Below, in pieces: positions 9,187 through 18,648 of a stretch of 64,000 bases of DNA. The position numbers and the translations under genes were made by a program. The stretch lies in the NCBI GenBank assembly GCA_036504155.1, contig DASXVQ010000049.1, positions 10,952 through 74,951 on the forward strand. The letters run 5' to 3'. Source of the stretch: Myxococcales bacterium. GTDB lineage: Bacteria; Myxococcota; Myxococcia; Myxococcales; UBA5297. Every line of letters starts with the position of its first letter. Within the stretch, counting starts at the first letter, position 1. The notes under the pieces are model-generated. The model made no database searches and was not told where the DNA came from. It saw nothing but the letters and a program-made list of their open reading frames with translations.

Positions 9187-11523
9187 ATGAGGCCCCTCCG
9201 CTCCCGCGCTCGCCGCGCTCTCGCAGCCCAGGCCGCCGGGACCGGGCTGCTCGTGGGCCTGGCGACGCTCGTTCCCCTCCTCGCGGGCCTGCGCTACCAG
9301 GGGACCGACCACTCGCGGATCCTGCTGGCGATGCAGTGCGCGGTCCGCCGCGGCCTGCAGCAGGGCTTCGCGCTCGACCCGGCGCTGGGCGGCGGCGGCC
9401 CGCTGCTGGCCGAGCTGCAGTCCGGGCTCTTCTACCCGGCGACCTGGCTGCTCCTGCCGTTCTCCGCCGAGACCGCCGCCTCGCTCTTCGTCCCGCTCCA
9501 CCTGGCCATCGCCGCGGCCGGGGCCGTGCTGCTCGCCGCCTCGTACCGCCTGCGCCCTGTCGCCCGCGTCGCGCTCGGCGTGGCCTACCCGCTGAGCGGC
9601 AGCGTCCTCAACCTCATCCTCCACGGACCGTTCCTCGCCGCGGCTACCTGGCTTCCCTGGGCCTGGCTCGGGGCGCGGTGGCTGCTGGGAACCCGGCACC
9701 GCGCCGCCGGGGTGATCGTCGCCAGCGTGGCCCTCGCGCTGGCGATCCTCAGCGGGGATCCCCAGGGATTCGGCGTGGCGAGCGGGATCGTCCTCCTCGA
9801 GGTCGCCGTGGCGCTCGCTCGCCGGCGCCGGCCGACGCGAGCCGCGCTCGCCGCGGGAGCGCTGGTCGCGGGGCTCCTGCTCGGCGGGCTGCAGTGGCTC
9901 CCGACGCTGGGACTGGCGCAGGCCTCGGCACGCGCCCGAGGCGCCTCGACCGAGCAGGTCGAGAGCTGGCCGCTCGGCACGCCGGAGCTCCTCGGGGTCT
10001 TCTGGCCCATCGACAGCACCGAACGGGTCAAAGGTGGGGCCTCGCTGCGCACCGCCTGGCTCGACGACCCGCTGGTCCAGCCGGCGTGGAACACGACGCC
10101 CCTGCTCGGGCTCGTCGCCGTGGTCGCCGCGCTGGTGGGCTGGCGCCTGCGCCGGGCACGAGCCGCGGCCGTCGCGGCCCTGCTCCTCACCTTGCTCTCG
10201 CTGGGCGCGCAAACGCCCGTGTTCCCTGCCCTGCTGCGGGTCCTGCCGCTGCTGGGCCTGTTCCGCTACCCCGCCCGCTACTTCGTCGGCGCGAGCCTGG
10301 CGATCCTCGTCGTGGCCGTCTGCTCCTTCGATCGCGCGACTCGCGAACGGACGGCGCGGCGGGCGCTGGCGATCGCCCTGGGCGTGGCCACGGCCGGCAG
10401 TGGAATCGCCATGACGATCGTCGCGGCCCGGGCCGGCGCCGTCGATGCGCTGGCGAGCCAGGTCGCCAACGCCGGCGGCTCAGCCTCTGCGAGCCTGCCG
10501 GCGCTCTCGACCGCCTTGAACGACGCGGGGCTCGTCTCCTCGCTCCTGTGTGCCCTGGCGCTCGCGGCGCTCTTGATGCGGCCGCGCTGGTCGCAGCTCG
10601 CGGTGGCGCTGCCGATGCTCGTCGCCGCGCCCGGGTTCCTGCCGCTCGACCGGCCGCTGCTCGAGACGCCTGCGACGCGGGCAGCCCTGGGCACTCCGGA
10701 GCAGGCGATGCTCTGCCACGGCCGGCACCTGGGCTCGGTGCACGTCGACCTGCCGGACCAGCCGCTCGACGTGCACGGCAACGTGCTCCCCGACCTGAAC
10801 GACCTGCTCCCGGACCTGCAGCAGTGCGGCGGGCCGGCGGTGCCGAACTGGTACCTGAGCAGCGCCCAGGCCGAGACGGTCTCGCTGGTCCGCGACCGGC
10901 TCGACGAGGCGACAGGCGCGCTCGGCCCGGCGCTCGCGCTGGGATGCACGCACCTGGTCACGCGCAGCAAGCAAGTCACAGCCGGGTACACCCAGCTCGA
11001 GGCCGAGCCGCCGGTGCCGTTCGTCGGCCGCCTCTACGCGATTCCCCGGCCGCTGCCCGGCGCGAGCGTCGCGCGCGAGCCCCTGTTGGCGGCCAGCGGA
11101 GCCGAGGCCGTGGAGCGCGTCTCATCGCTCTCGATCGCCGACGAAGTGGTTCGCGTCCTGGACGATCCGGCGTCCGCCAAGCCGGCGAGCCTGCCGGACG
11201 GCCGCGCGGTCGAGAAGGCTTCCGTTCGCTGGGACTCGCCGACGCGTGGGCAGCTCCGGCTCGAAGGAACCGGCGGCGCCGTCGCGGTGCTCAAGCGGCC
11301 GTGGTGGCCCGGCTGGCAGGCCCGGCAGGGCTCGACGGTGCTCCCGGTGCTGCGCGCGGCCGCGGTCCAGCTGGCGGTCGTCGTGCCCGACGCCGCGGCC
11401 GGGCCGGTGGAGCTGGAGTACTCGCCTCCGCTCGCGAGCTTGGGGATCGCCGTGTTCGCGCTCGGGGCGGCTCTGCTCGCTGCCCTTGCGTTGCTCGCAG
11501 GACGGCCAGCCGCGAAACAGTGA
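9187..11523 (+). CDS. polytopic integral membrane protein (possible YfhO/ArnT-like glycosyltransferase-type topology)
   Basis: This is a 778-aa ORF with ten or more hydrophobic segments, a large soluble loop, and a C-terminal TM. It starts 11 nt after the GNAT stop. The competing frame 9336..11531 is Arg/Gly-rich nonsense. Confidence 0.6.
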   Translation: MRPLRSRARRALAAQAAGTGLLVGLATLVPLLAGLRYQGTDHSRILLAMQCAVRRGLQQGFALDPALGGGGPLLAELQSGLFYPATWLLLPFSAETAASLFVPLHLAIAAAGAVLLAASYRLRPVARVALGVAYPLSGSVLNLILHGPFLAAATWLPWAWLGARWLLGTRHRAAGVIVASVALALAILSGDPQGFGVASGIVLLEVAVALARRRRPTRAALAAGALVAGLLLGGLQWLPTLGLAQASARARGASTEQVESWPLGTPELLGVFWPIDSTERVKGGASLRTAWLDDPLVQPAWNTTPLLGLVAVVAALVGWRLRRARAAAVAALLLTLLSLGAQTPVFPALLRVLPLLGLFRYPARYFVGASLAILVVAVCSFDRATRERTARRALAIALGVATAGSGIAMTIVAARAGAVDALASQVANAGGSASASLPALSTALNDAGLVSSLLCALALAALLMRPRWSQLAVALPMLVAAPGFLPLDRPLLETPATRAALGTPEQAMLCHGRHLGSVHVDLPDQPLDVHGNVLPDLNDLLPDLQQCGGPAVPNWYLSSAQAETVSLVRDRLDEATGALGPALALGCTHLVTRSKQVTAGYTQLEAEPPVPFVGRLYAIPRPLPGASVAREPLLAASGAEAVERVSSLSIADEVVRVLDDPASAKPASLPDGRAVEKASVRWDSPTRGQLRLEGTGGAVAVLKRPWWPGWQARQGSTVLPVLRAAAVQLAVVVPDAAAGPVELEYSPPLASLGIAVFALGAALLAALALLAGRPAAKQ

Positions 11524-11579
11524 TCTGGTGATGGCCCCGCCCCGCCCCCCGGCGTTAGATCCCCGCTGGGAGGAAGCCC

Positions 11580-12095
11580 TTGAACCCTCAGCTCTGGAAC
11601 GTGGTCGAGCGCGCGGTGGGGCTGAGCCCTGCCGTGGCCCGCAAGATGGTCGGCGCCTTCCTGCGCGTGGCCAGCCCCTTCAACGCGCCGCTGCGCGCCA
11701 GCATCCAGGTCTGGGAGCCCGGGCTGTGCCGCGTCCGCATCCCCAACCGGCGGCCGCTGCACAACCACCTGCGCGGCATCCACGCCTGCGCGCTGGCCAC
11801 CGCCGGCGAGACCCCGGCGGGGCTGCTCTTGCTGCGCACGTTCCCGTTCTCGCGCTTCCGGCTGATCCTCAAGGACCTCAACATCACCTACGAGCGGCAG
11901 GCGCGCTCGGACCTGGTCGCCGAGGCCGACCTGGCCGGCGAGGAGCGGACGCGGATCCAGACCGGCCTGGACGCGGGGCAGCCGCAGCTCGTCACGATCG
12001 AGACGCGCCTCAGCGAGCCGGCGGGCGAGCGCCTGGCCACGGTCCGCACGACCTGGCAGATCAAGGCGTGGGACCAGGTGCGCAGCCAGGCCTGA
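11580..12095 (+). CDS. hotdog-fold protein (YiiD_C/DUF4442-like putative thioesterase)
   Basis: This is a 171-aa ORF with a TTG start. The motif HNHLRGIHACALATAGE resembles hotdog thioesterase cores. Family assignment is tentative. Confidence 0.45.
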   Translation: MNPQLWNVVERAVGLSPAVARKMVGAFLRVASPFNAPLRASIQVWEPGLCRVRIPNRRPLHNHLRGIHACALATAGETPAGLLLLRTFPFSRFRLILKDLNITYERQARSDLVAEADLAGEERTRIQTGLDAGQPQLVTIETRLSEPAGERLATVRTTWQIKAWDQVRSQA

Positions 12096-12126
12096 CCGAG
12101 CGCCGTCTGCTAACCTCGCGCGCGCC

Positions 12127-12789
12127 ATGGCCATCGCCTTCTTCGACCTCGACCTCACCGTCCTGGCGCGCAACTCCGGCACCCTCTGGGTCAAGTCCGA
12201 GCTGCGCGCCGGATACATCTCGCGCTGGCAGGCCCTGAAGGCCTTCGCCTGGCTCACCCGCTACCATTTCGGCTTCGCCCGGCTCGAGGACGCCCTGCTC
12301 GAGAGCATCTCCAGCCTCACCGGCAAGCTCGAGACCGACGTCGTCGCGCGGACCCTGGCCTTCTACGAGGCCGAGGTGCGCCAGCTGGTGCGCCCCGGAG
12401 CCAAGGCCGCGCTCGAGAAGCACCGCGCCGCCGGCGACAGGCTCTGGCTGCTCACCTCGTCGTCGAACTACCTCTCCGATGCGGTCGCCGCCCAGCTCTC
12501 GCTCGACGGCTCGCTCTGCAACCGCTTTGAGGTCGACTCCTCGGGCCGCTACACCGGCCGGCCGGCCGGGCCGCTCTGCTTCGGGCCGGGCAAGGTCGAC
12601 GTCGCGATGGCGTTTGCGAAGGAGAGGGGCGTCGGGCTCGCGGACTGCACCTTCTACAGCGACTCCGCCTCCGACCTGCCCATGTTCGAGGCGGTGGGGC
12701 GCCCGGTGGCGATCAATCCGGACCAGCGGCTGCGGCGCACGGCGATCCAGCGCGGGTGGCCCGTCGAGGACTGGGGCATGCCGGCGTAG
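12127..12789 (+). CDS. HAD-superfamily hydrolase, subfamily IB (SerB/phosphatase-like)
   Basis: The N-terminal FFDLDLT (DxD) motif is present. There are conserved S/T and K/D motifs (LLTSSSNYL, FYSDSASD). Confidence 0.8.
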   Translation: MAIAFFDLDLTVLARNSGTLWVKSELRAGYISRWQALKAFAWLTRYHFGFARLEDALLESISSLTGKLETDVVARTLAFYEAEVRQLVRPGAKAALEKHRAAGDRLWLLTSSSNYLSDAVAAQLSLDGSLCNRFEVDSSGRYTGRPAGPLCFGPGKVDVAMAFAKERGVGLADCTFYSDSASDLPMFEAVGRPVAINPDQRLRRTAIQRGWPVEDWGMPA

Positions 12790-12819
12790 GCGCACTGCCT
12801 GGTCCTTTCCCGCCTCGCA

Positions 12820-13230
12820 TTCGCTGCACTACCCCTGCCTCCCGATCGCTGCCCTTCCCCCGCCTCGCCTTCGCTGTCCCAAACCGCCTCGCCTTCCCCG
12901 CCCCACCCCCGCCCCACCCCCGCCTCCCCTTCGCGGATGGATCGCAGCGAACGAGCACGAGTGAGCTCACGGCTCTGGGGAGGGGCTCCTTTCTGCCCGT
13001 CGCGACCTCCTGCTCGACACGGAAAGTCCGCTCGCGTGTCTTTTCCCGTGTCGCCGAGAAGGCCGCCGAAGGCAACCCACGGGCCCCTCCCCAGAGCCTG
13101 GTGTTCGCCTGCTTCGATCTCCGGGTCCATCCGCGAAGGGGAGGCGGGGGTGGGGCAGCGAAGCTGGGGCAGCGAAGCTGGGGCAGCGAAGGCGGAGCGG
13201 CGCAGGCGGGGCAGCGCAGGTGAGCGGGTC
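12820..13230. repeat. ~410-bp imperfect nested palindrome; the C-rich left arm (ccgcctcgccttcgctg repeats, ccccaccccc) mirrors the G-rich right arm (gcagcgaagctgggg x3); inner hairpin gacacggaaag...cttttcccgtgtc
   Basis: Read directly. 12919-12985 is the reverse complement of 13081-13148, and the outer arms are related through the ccttcgctg motif. G4-type runs (GGGG N GGGGG N GGGG) lie on opposite strands of the two arms. It sits between the HAD gene and the sigma-54 activator. Confidence 0.55.
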
Positions 13231-13258
13231 GAACCCGAAGCTGGCTGGCGACCTTGAC

Positions 13259-13306
13259 CCCTGTCAGGATTGACGCCGAAGGACTGCCGGTCAAAAGGAG
13301 CGAGCC
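13259..13306 (+). promoter_or_regulatory. candidate promoter/RBS of the sigma-54 activator gene (ttgaccc...ttgacgcc -35-like boxes; AAGGAG 6 nt before the ATG)
   Basis: Sequence motifs only. Confidence 0.3.
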
Positions 13307-14770
13307 ATGGCGCGCGACAAGGGTCCCGGACGCGGGTGGATCGACGTCACCAAGCCGATGCAGACCCTGGCCGAGCCGGTCTTGGTCGAGGCGCCCTACC
13401 ACCGCGTGCCGCGGGCGGCGCGGGTCTGCCGCGACGGGGCGGGCGAGGTGGTGATGTCGCTGCACGCCGACCGCACCTACACGCTGGGGCGGGCGCAGGA
13501 CGCCGACATCGTCTTCACCGGCAACCACGTCTCGCGCTACCACGGGCTCCTGGCGCTCAAGGACGAGCGCTGCTGGACCTTCCGCGACATGGGCAGCGTC
13601 AACGGCACGGTGCTGGTGCGCCCCGACGGGACCCGGGTGCAGGTCAAAGGCGCCGAGGTGCCGGTGCAGGCCGGCGACATCCTCTACTTCGCCCACGCCG
13701 ACACCGCCGACAAGGTGGAGCTGCTCGCCGACGAGAGCCGGACCCGGTCGGGCCCGGGGTGGCGCTCGAAGGCCTCGCGGCAGCTCGAGGAGTTCATCAC
13801 CATCTCCTCCGGCCACGAGCTGGCCATCGTGCTGCTGGGCGACTCGGGCACCGGCAAGACCTGGGTCGCCCGGCAGATCCACGACCGCAGCGGCGCCACC
13901 GGGAACTTCGCGGCCATCAACTGCGGCCGGCTGGGCAACGAGCACAACGAGCTGCACAGCGAGCTGCTGGGCCACGTCAAGGGCGCCTACACCGGCGCGG
14001 CGACCGACCGCGTCGGCAAGATCCCCTTCGCCGAGGACGGCACGCTCTTCCTCGACGAGGTGGAGAGCATGCGCCGGCCGGTGCAGGACTTCCTCATCGA
14101 CGTGCTCGACCGCCGCACCGAGATCACGCCGCTGGGCGCCCCGCCGTCGGCCCGCCGGCCCGTCCCGCGCTTCCGGCTCGTCAGCGCCTCCAAGGTCCCG
14201 CTGGGCGAGGCCGGGCTGCGCCAGGACCTGGTGCAGCGGCTCGCGGTGGGGCAGGTCTTCAAGCTGCCGCGCCTGGAGGAGCGCAGCGAGGACATCCCCG
14301 CGCTGGTCGGCGCCCTGCTCCTGGAGGCCAAGGCCACCTGGGGCATCGAGGGCGCCTTCGCCCCCGACGCCATGGACCTGTTGAGCACCCGCACCTGGCC
14401 CGGCCAGCTGCGCGAGCTGCGCGCCACCGTCGAGGCGCTGGTGCAGACCTCCTCGGCCAAGGCCAAGCTGCGCGGCAACCCCGCCGACCACGTGAAGGTC
14501 TCGCTGGCCGACCTCGAGGAGTACCTCGACCAGCGCGCCAAGGTGCTCGGCGCCTCGCAGTCCGGCTCCTCCCCGACCACCTCCTTCCCGGCGGTCGGCG
14601 GCGGCGCGGCCGCGGCGGCCCCGCGCAAGCGCCCCGCGGACCTAACCGAGGAGGAGATCCGCGCGGCGCTGACGCGCAACCAGTTCAAGAAGCAGCGCTC
14701 CGCCGACGAGCTGGGCATCGCGCTCAACACGCTCAAGGCCTGCATGCGCAAGTTCGGCATCCCCGGCTGA
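13307..14770 (+). CDS. FHA-domain sigma-54-dependent transcriptional activator (bacterial enhancer-binding protein)
   Basis: It has an N-terminal FHA domain (TYTLGRAQDADIVF...SRYHG), AAA+ Walker A GDSGTGKT, the GAYTGA sigma-54 contact motif, an R-finger region, and a C-terminal Fis-type HTH (ADELGIALNTLKACMRKFGI). Confidence 0.9.
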   Translation: MARDKGPGRGWIDVTKPMQTLAEPVLVEAPYHRVPRAARVCRDGAGEVVMSLHADRTYTLGRAQDADIVFTGNHVSRYHGLLALKDERCWTFRDMGSVNGTVLVRPDGTRVQVKGAEVPVQAGDILYFAHADTADKVELLADESRTRSGPGWRSKASRQLEEFITISSGHELAIVLLGDSGTGKTWVARQIHDRSGATGNFAAINCGRLGNEHNELHSELLGHVKGAYTGAATDRVGKIPFAEDGTLFLDEVESMRRPVQDFLIDVLDRRTEITPLGAPPSARRPVPRFRLVSASKVPLGEAGLRQDLVQRLAVGQVFKLPRLEERSEDIPALVGALLLEAKATWGIEGAFAPDAMDLLSTRTWPGQLRELRATVEALVQTSSAKAKLRGNPADHVKVSLADLEEYLDQRAKVLGASQSGSSPTTSFPAVGGGAAAAAPRKRPADLTEEEIRAALTRNQFKKQRSADELGIALNTLKACMRKFGIPG

Positions 14771-14897
14771 GCCCCCCGCCGGCGTCTCCTCGCTCGGGAG
14801 AGCGCCGCGGGCCGCGCCCTCCGGCTCTCTCGCCGGGGAGGCCCGGAGTGCGCCCGGCCTTCCGGAGGGTTTGGAGACGAGGTCGGGCGAGTGCACG

Positions 14898-17357
14898 ATG
14901 CCTCCCGTGCGCCCCACACACTCCCCGAGTCCCTGCCGGCTGCGCCGCGCGTCTGCACTCTGCGCGGCGGCCTCGGCCTTTCTCGTCCTCGCCGGCTGCC
15001 GCGACTTCAAGGTCCCGGACCTCAAGGTCGAGAAGGCCCCCGTCGTCACCGACTTCGAGCCCAGGAAGGCCTTCGCCTGGACCGAGCTGCAGATCTACGG
15101 AGAGAACTTCGACCTCAAGCCCGAGAACAACGCGGTCCTGCTCGCGGGCGGCCTGACGGTGCGGGCCCACCCCAAGAAGCTCAGCGACACGGTGTTCGAG
15201 GAGCCGACCACCACCAAGCTCTACGTCTGGATCCCCGAGGCGCTGCAGGCCGAGGGCCCGATCAGCGTCACCACCCCGACCGGGACCAGCCAGCCCACGG
15301 AGGCCTCCTTCAAACCGATGGGCTACGGCCACCCCATCTACGGCACCAAGGTGGTGGACGTGCGCTTCCGCCACAAGCCGGTGGGCCTCTACGACAGCCC
15401 CGAGACGGTCCTCATCGCCTCCACCCTCTTCAACCAGCTCGTCAACGACACCGGGAAGTTCAAGCGGCTGGACGGCCGCGCCGTCGCCTTCGGGCGCGCC
15501 CCGGTGCCCGGCGAGGCGCTGGTCGCCGTGCGCACCGACGAGGGGCAGGGCGTCCTGGTCCTGGTGGACGGCGCGACCGGCGAGCCTCGGGCCAGGTCGG
15601 CGGGCGAAAAGATCGTCGAGGCCCTCGTCGTGGCCAGCCCCGAGGGCCAGCCCGTCCGCACCGTCGGCACCGGGCCGTACGGGCAGCACCTGCTGCGCAC
15701 CTGGCAGCGCGTCCCCGCCCCGCCCGAGCTGGACAGGCTCGAGCCCAAGGACACGCAGCTCGAGAACCTCACCCGGGTCCTGGGCGGCGCGGCCGACGGG
15801 ACGGGCACGGTCTACCTGGTGGCGACCGAGGCCAGGAACGACGCGGTCAAGACCGTGCTGCTGGCGGTCTCCTCCACCGGCGAGGTCTCGACCCGCTGGG
15901 AGCCCAACGGCATCGGCGAGCAGGACGACCGCCCGGTGGACCCGACCGGCCCCATCGCCGTGGTGGAGACGGCCCAGGGCCCGTACGCCGCGCTGGGGAT
16001 GGCGGACGGGGACCTGACCTTCGTCAACCTGACCGACGGGAGCGCGTGGCACGAGCTGCTGGTCTCCTTCGGGGAGGTGGGAGCGCTCGTCCGCGGCGCC
16101 AAGCCGGGCAAGGTGGTGCTGACCAAGCCCGTGGACGGCTCGGTCCTCCAGTACGACGTCTCCACCGCCTCGGTCGACTGGGCCGTCCAGATCCGCGGGG
16201 AGCCCACCGTGCTCGACGTCGCCCCGGACATCGGCGAGGGCGAGGTCGCCGTGGGCAACAACGAGGACAACGGGGTGGACATCATCGAGGCGGACACCGG
16301 GCTGTGGGTGGGCCGCATCTCCTTCAGCCTGGGGCTGGGCAGCGCGGCCCAGGGCGAAGGCGGGCTGGTGGCTCCCTACTCCTACTACCCGGAGAAGCTC
16401 CCCTTCGTGATCCACGTGCTCGCGCGCTCCGCCGGGATGGTCCTGGCGCTCGACGCCAGCTCGCTCGACCTGGTGCGGACGTATGAGCTCGCGACCGAGA
16501 CCGAGGACCAGAAGCCGGTCTCGGAGCCCCTGCGCCTGATGGTGACGCACGACCTGCGCACCCTCGTCGTCCACGCCAAGGAGCTGGGCATCCTCGACGA
16601 GAAGACCGGGCGGGAGCGCATCCTGGTGACCGGGCTGCCCATCGCGCCGACGCACGTCGCTTCGCTGCCCGACAACGGGGTGGTCGTGGGCACTCCCACC
16701 ACGGTGACCCTCTACCAGTGGCAGGGCGAGGAGCACCTCGTCTACGCGGGCCACGTGGCGCTGAAGGATTCGACGCTGGCGGCGCTGGGCGTGTGGGAGG
16801 ACGTCGAGGACGACGAGGCCCGGACCAGGAACCTCGAGATCATGGTGACCCGGAGCACCGCGGCCGGGTACGTGGTCGACTTCTACGACCCCAACGTGCT
16901 CGCCCTGAGCGGCGGCTCCCGCCACAAGGCGCCGCTGGCCCCGGAGATGGGCGACTTCCTGGGCTCGGCCACCATGCTCCAGGGCCCGGTGCTGGCCTTC
17001 GGCCGCTCCATGCTCGAGACGGAAGCCGGCGCGGTGCTGCCGGCGATGGTGGAGTGGAAGGACATCCTCGCGCCGGTCCGCAATCCGCCGCAGGAGCCCC
17101 TCTACCTCCCGTCGGAGCTCGACTCGCCGGTCATGGTGGGCGGGACCCCCGACGGCCGCTACTTCGCCTGGATGAGCGAGCGGCAGGGAGTGCACGTGGT
17201 GCGGCTGGTCGAGTACGACCCCAACTACTGGCAGCAGGCGTGGGTCTGGTCCACCTACCAGCTGGAGAACCGCGGCTCGAGCCTGACCTTCGACCCCAGC
17301 GGCCAGTGGATGTACGTCGCCATCCCCAAGCTCGACCTGCTCAGCGTCTTCCAGTAG
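14898..17357 (+). CDS. lipoprotein with N-terminal IPT/TIG domain and large beta-rich body (paralogue of 52702..55245)
   Basis: ATG at 14898. Lipobox AFLVLAGCRDFKVP. IPT-like segment VVTDFEPRKAFAWTELQIYGENF. Long ORF with GC3 bias. Confidence 0.75.
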   Translation: MPPVRPTHSPSPCRLRRASALCAAASAFLVLAGCRDFKVPDLKVEKAPVVTDFEPRKAFAWTELQIYGENFDLKPENNAVLLAGGLTVRAHPKKLSDTVFEEPTTTKLYVWIPEALQAEGPISVTTPTGTSQPTEASFKPMGYGHPIYGTKVVDVRFRHKPVGLYDSPETVLIASTLFNQLVNDTGKFKRLDGRAVAFGRAPVPGEALVAVRTDEGQGVLVLVDGATGEPRARSAGEKIVEALVVASPEGQPVRTVGTGPYGQHLLRTWQRVPAPPELDRLEPKDTQLENLTRVLGGAADGTGTVYLVATEARNDAVKTVLLAVSSTGEVSTRWEPNGIGEQDDRPVDPTGPIAVVETAQGPYAALGMADGDLTFVNLTDGSAWHELLVSFGEVGALVRGAKPGKVVLTKPVDGSVLQYDVSTASVDWAVQIRGEPTVLDVAPDIGEGEVAVGNNEDNGVDIIEADTGLWVGRISFSLGLGSAAQGEGGLVAPYSYYPEKLPFVIHVLARSAGMVLALDASSLDLVRTYELATETEDQKPVSEPLRLMVTHDLRTLVVHAKELGILDEKTGRERILVTGLPIAPTHVASLPDNGVVVGTPTTVTLYQWQGEEHLVYAGHVALKDSTLAALGVWEDVEDDEARTRNLEIMVTRSTAAGYVVDFYDPNVLALSGGSRHKAPLAPEMGDFLGSATMLQGPVLAFGRSMLETEAGAVLPAMVEWKDILAPVRNPPQEPLYLPSELDSPVMVGGTPDGRYFAWMSERQGVHVVRLVEYDPNYWQQAWVWSTYQLENRGSSLTFDPSGQWMYVAIPKLDLLSVFQ

Positions 17358-17591
17358 CCGCCGCCAGCAGCCGCCGCGCGGCCCCGTGCCCGTGCCCGTG
17401 CCCGTGCCCGGGATCGCCTGGGTCGCGGAATCGCCCGGGCCGCGGGGTCGCCGGGAGGGCGTGGACGCGCCCTGAAGCGCAGTCGAGCGCCTCCTCGGTT
17501 GCGCCCGGCCCGTGCGCGGAAGGCTTTAGCGCCTCTCCGGGTTGGAGCGACCCGAACAGTCCAGGCGCAGGCGCGCCGGCTTCGGAGGTAC

Positions 17592-18623
17592 ATGACCTTC
17601 TATTCCCGAATGGCAATCGTGGCGGCCGTCCTGTTGGCGAGTGGCCGGGCCGCGGCGGAGGTGGTCTGGCGCGGGGACTTCGAGTGCGGCGACCTCTCCC
17701 AGTGGACCAAGGCCCAGGCCGTCAGCCCCGACCGGCTGGAGGTCTTCGAGGGCGGCTCCGGGCAGGGCGGCCGCTACGCGCTCAAGGCCACGGTGGTGCA
17801 GGGCGACAACCCCATCGGCGCCAGCGGCAACCGCAACGAGCTGACCTACACGAGCTACGAGGCCAGCGGCACCGAGCGCTTCTACCGCTGGCAGACCAAG
17901 TTCGCCGACGACTACCCCTCGGCCGACGCCTGGCAGCTCTTCACCCAGTGGCACCACGAGGGCCCCTCCGGCTCGCCGCCGGTCGAGTTCGTGGTGCGCA
18001 AGGAAGAGATCTACCTGAACATCGTCGGCGAGCGCGTCTGGGGCATGCCGCTCGAGCGCGGCCGGTGGATCGACTTCATCTTCCACGTGAAGTGGTCGCC
18101 CGACCCCGCCGAGGGTTTCGTCGAGCTGTACGTCGACGGGAAGAAGGTCCTCGAGAAGCTGCCCAGGGGCACCCAGTTCCCCGGCGAGCTGAACTACCTC
18201 AAGCAGGGCCTCTACCGCGACGCGAAGATCCAGGAGACCGGCGTGGTCTTCCACGACGGCATGACCATCGGGACGTCGCTGGCCGACGTGATGCCCGAGG
18301 CGGCCGCCGCCGCCGGGCCGGGCGCGGCGGCTCCGGTCGGGCCCGCCGCTCCCCAGGCCGGCGCCGCAGCGCAGGCCGCGGCGCCCGGAGGTGCCCAGGC
18401 AGCGTCGCCGGCCTCGCCCAGCGCGCCGCACCAGGCCGCGTCCGGCGCCATCCCTTCCGGCGACCCGAACCCTGGAGGAGCGCCCTACGCCGGGGCCGGC
18501 TGCAGCTCCGCCTCGGGCGAGGCGCCGGTGCTCTTCCTCGGCCTCATCGTCGGGCTCGCCCTGCTCGTCCGCCGCCGCGCCGCGGCCCGCTCCACCGCCG
18601 CTGGCCGCAGGAACCGCCTGTAG
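17592..18623 (+). CDS. secreted polysaccharide-lyase-like (PF14099/PL20-like concanavalin-fold) protein with MYXO-CTERM anchor
   Basis: It has a signal peptide and motifs GNRNELTY...RFYRW...QWHHEG...SPPVEF...ELYVDGK. The C-terminus GAGCSSASGEAPVLFLGLIVGLALLVRRR is a MYXO-CTERM signature. Confidence 0.7.
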   Translation: MTFYSRMAIVAAVLLASGRAAAEVVWRGDFECGDLSQWTKAQAVSPDRLEVFEGGSGQGGRYALKATVVQGDNPIGASGNRNELTYTSYEASGTERFYRWQTKFADDYPSADAWQLFTQWHHEGPSGSPPVEFVVRKEEIYLNIVGERVWGMPLERGRWIDFIFHVKWSPDPAEGFVELYVDGKKVLEKLPRGTQFPGELNYLKQGLYRDAKIQETGVVFHDGMTIGTSLADVMPEAAAAAGPGAAAPVGPAAPQAGAAAQAAAPGGAQAASPASPSAPHQAASGAIPSGDPNPGGAPYAGAGCSSASGEAPVLFLGLIVGLALLVRRRAAARSTAAGRRNRL

Positions 18624-18648
18624 CCGGCCGGGCCGTGCTGGCGCCGCG

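Noticed and set aside
9336-11531. 731-aa plus ORF overlapping the membrane-protein gene
   Set aside because: It is an alternate frame of 9187..11523, with Arg/Gly/Pro-rich translation.
14771-14897. sigma-54 promoter (GG-N10-GC) upstream of the lipoprotein gene following the activator, and likewise at 52600-52700
   Set aside because: No TGGCAC-N5-TTGC-like match was found by eye. A formal PWM scan is needed before any claim.
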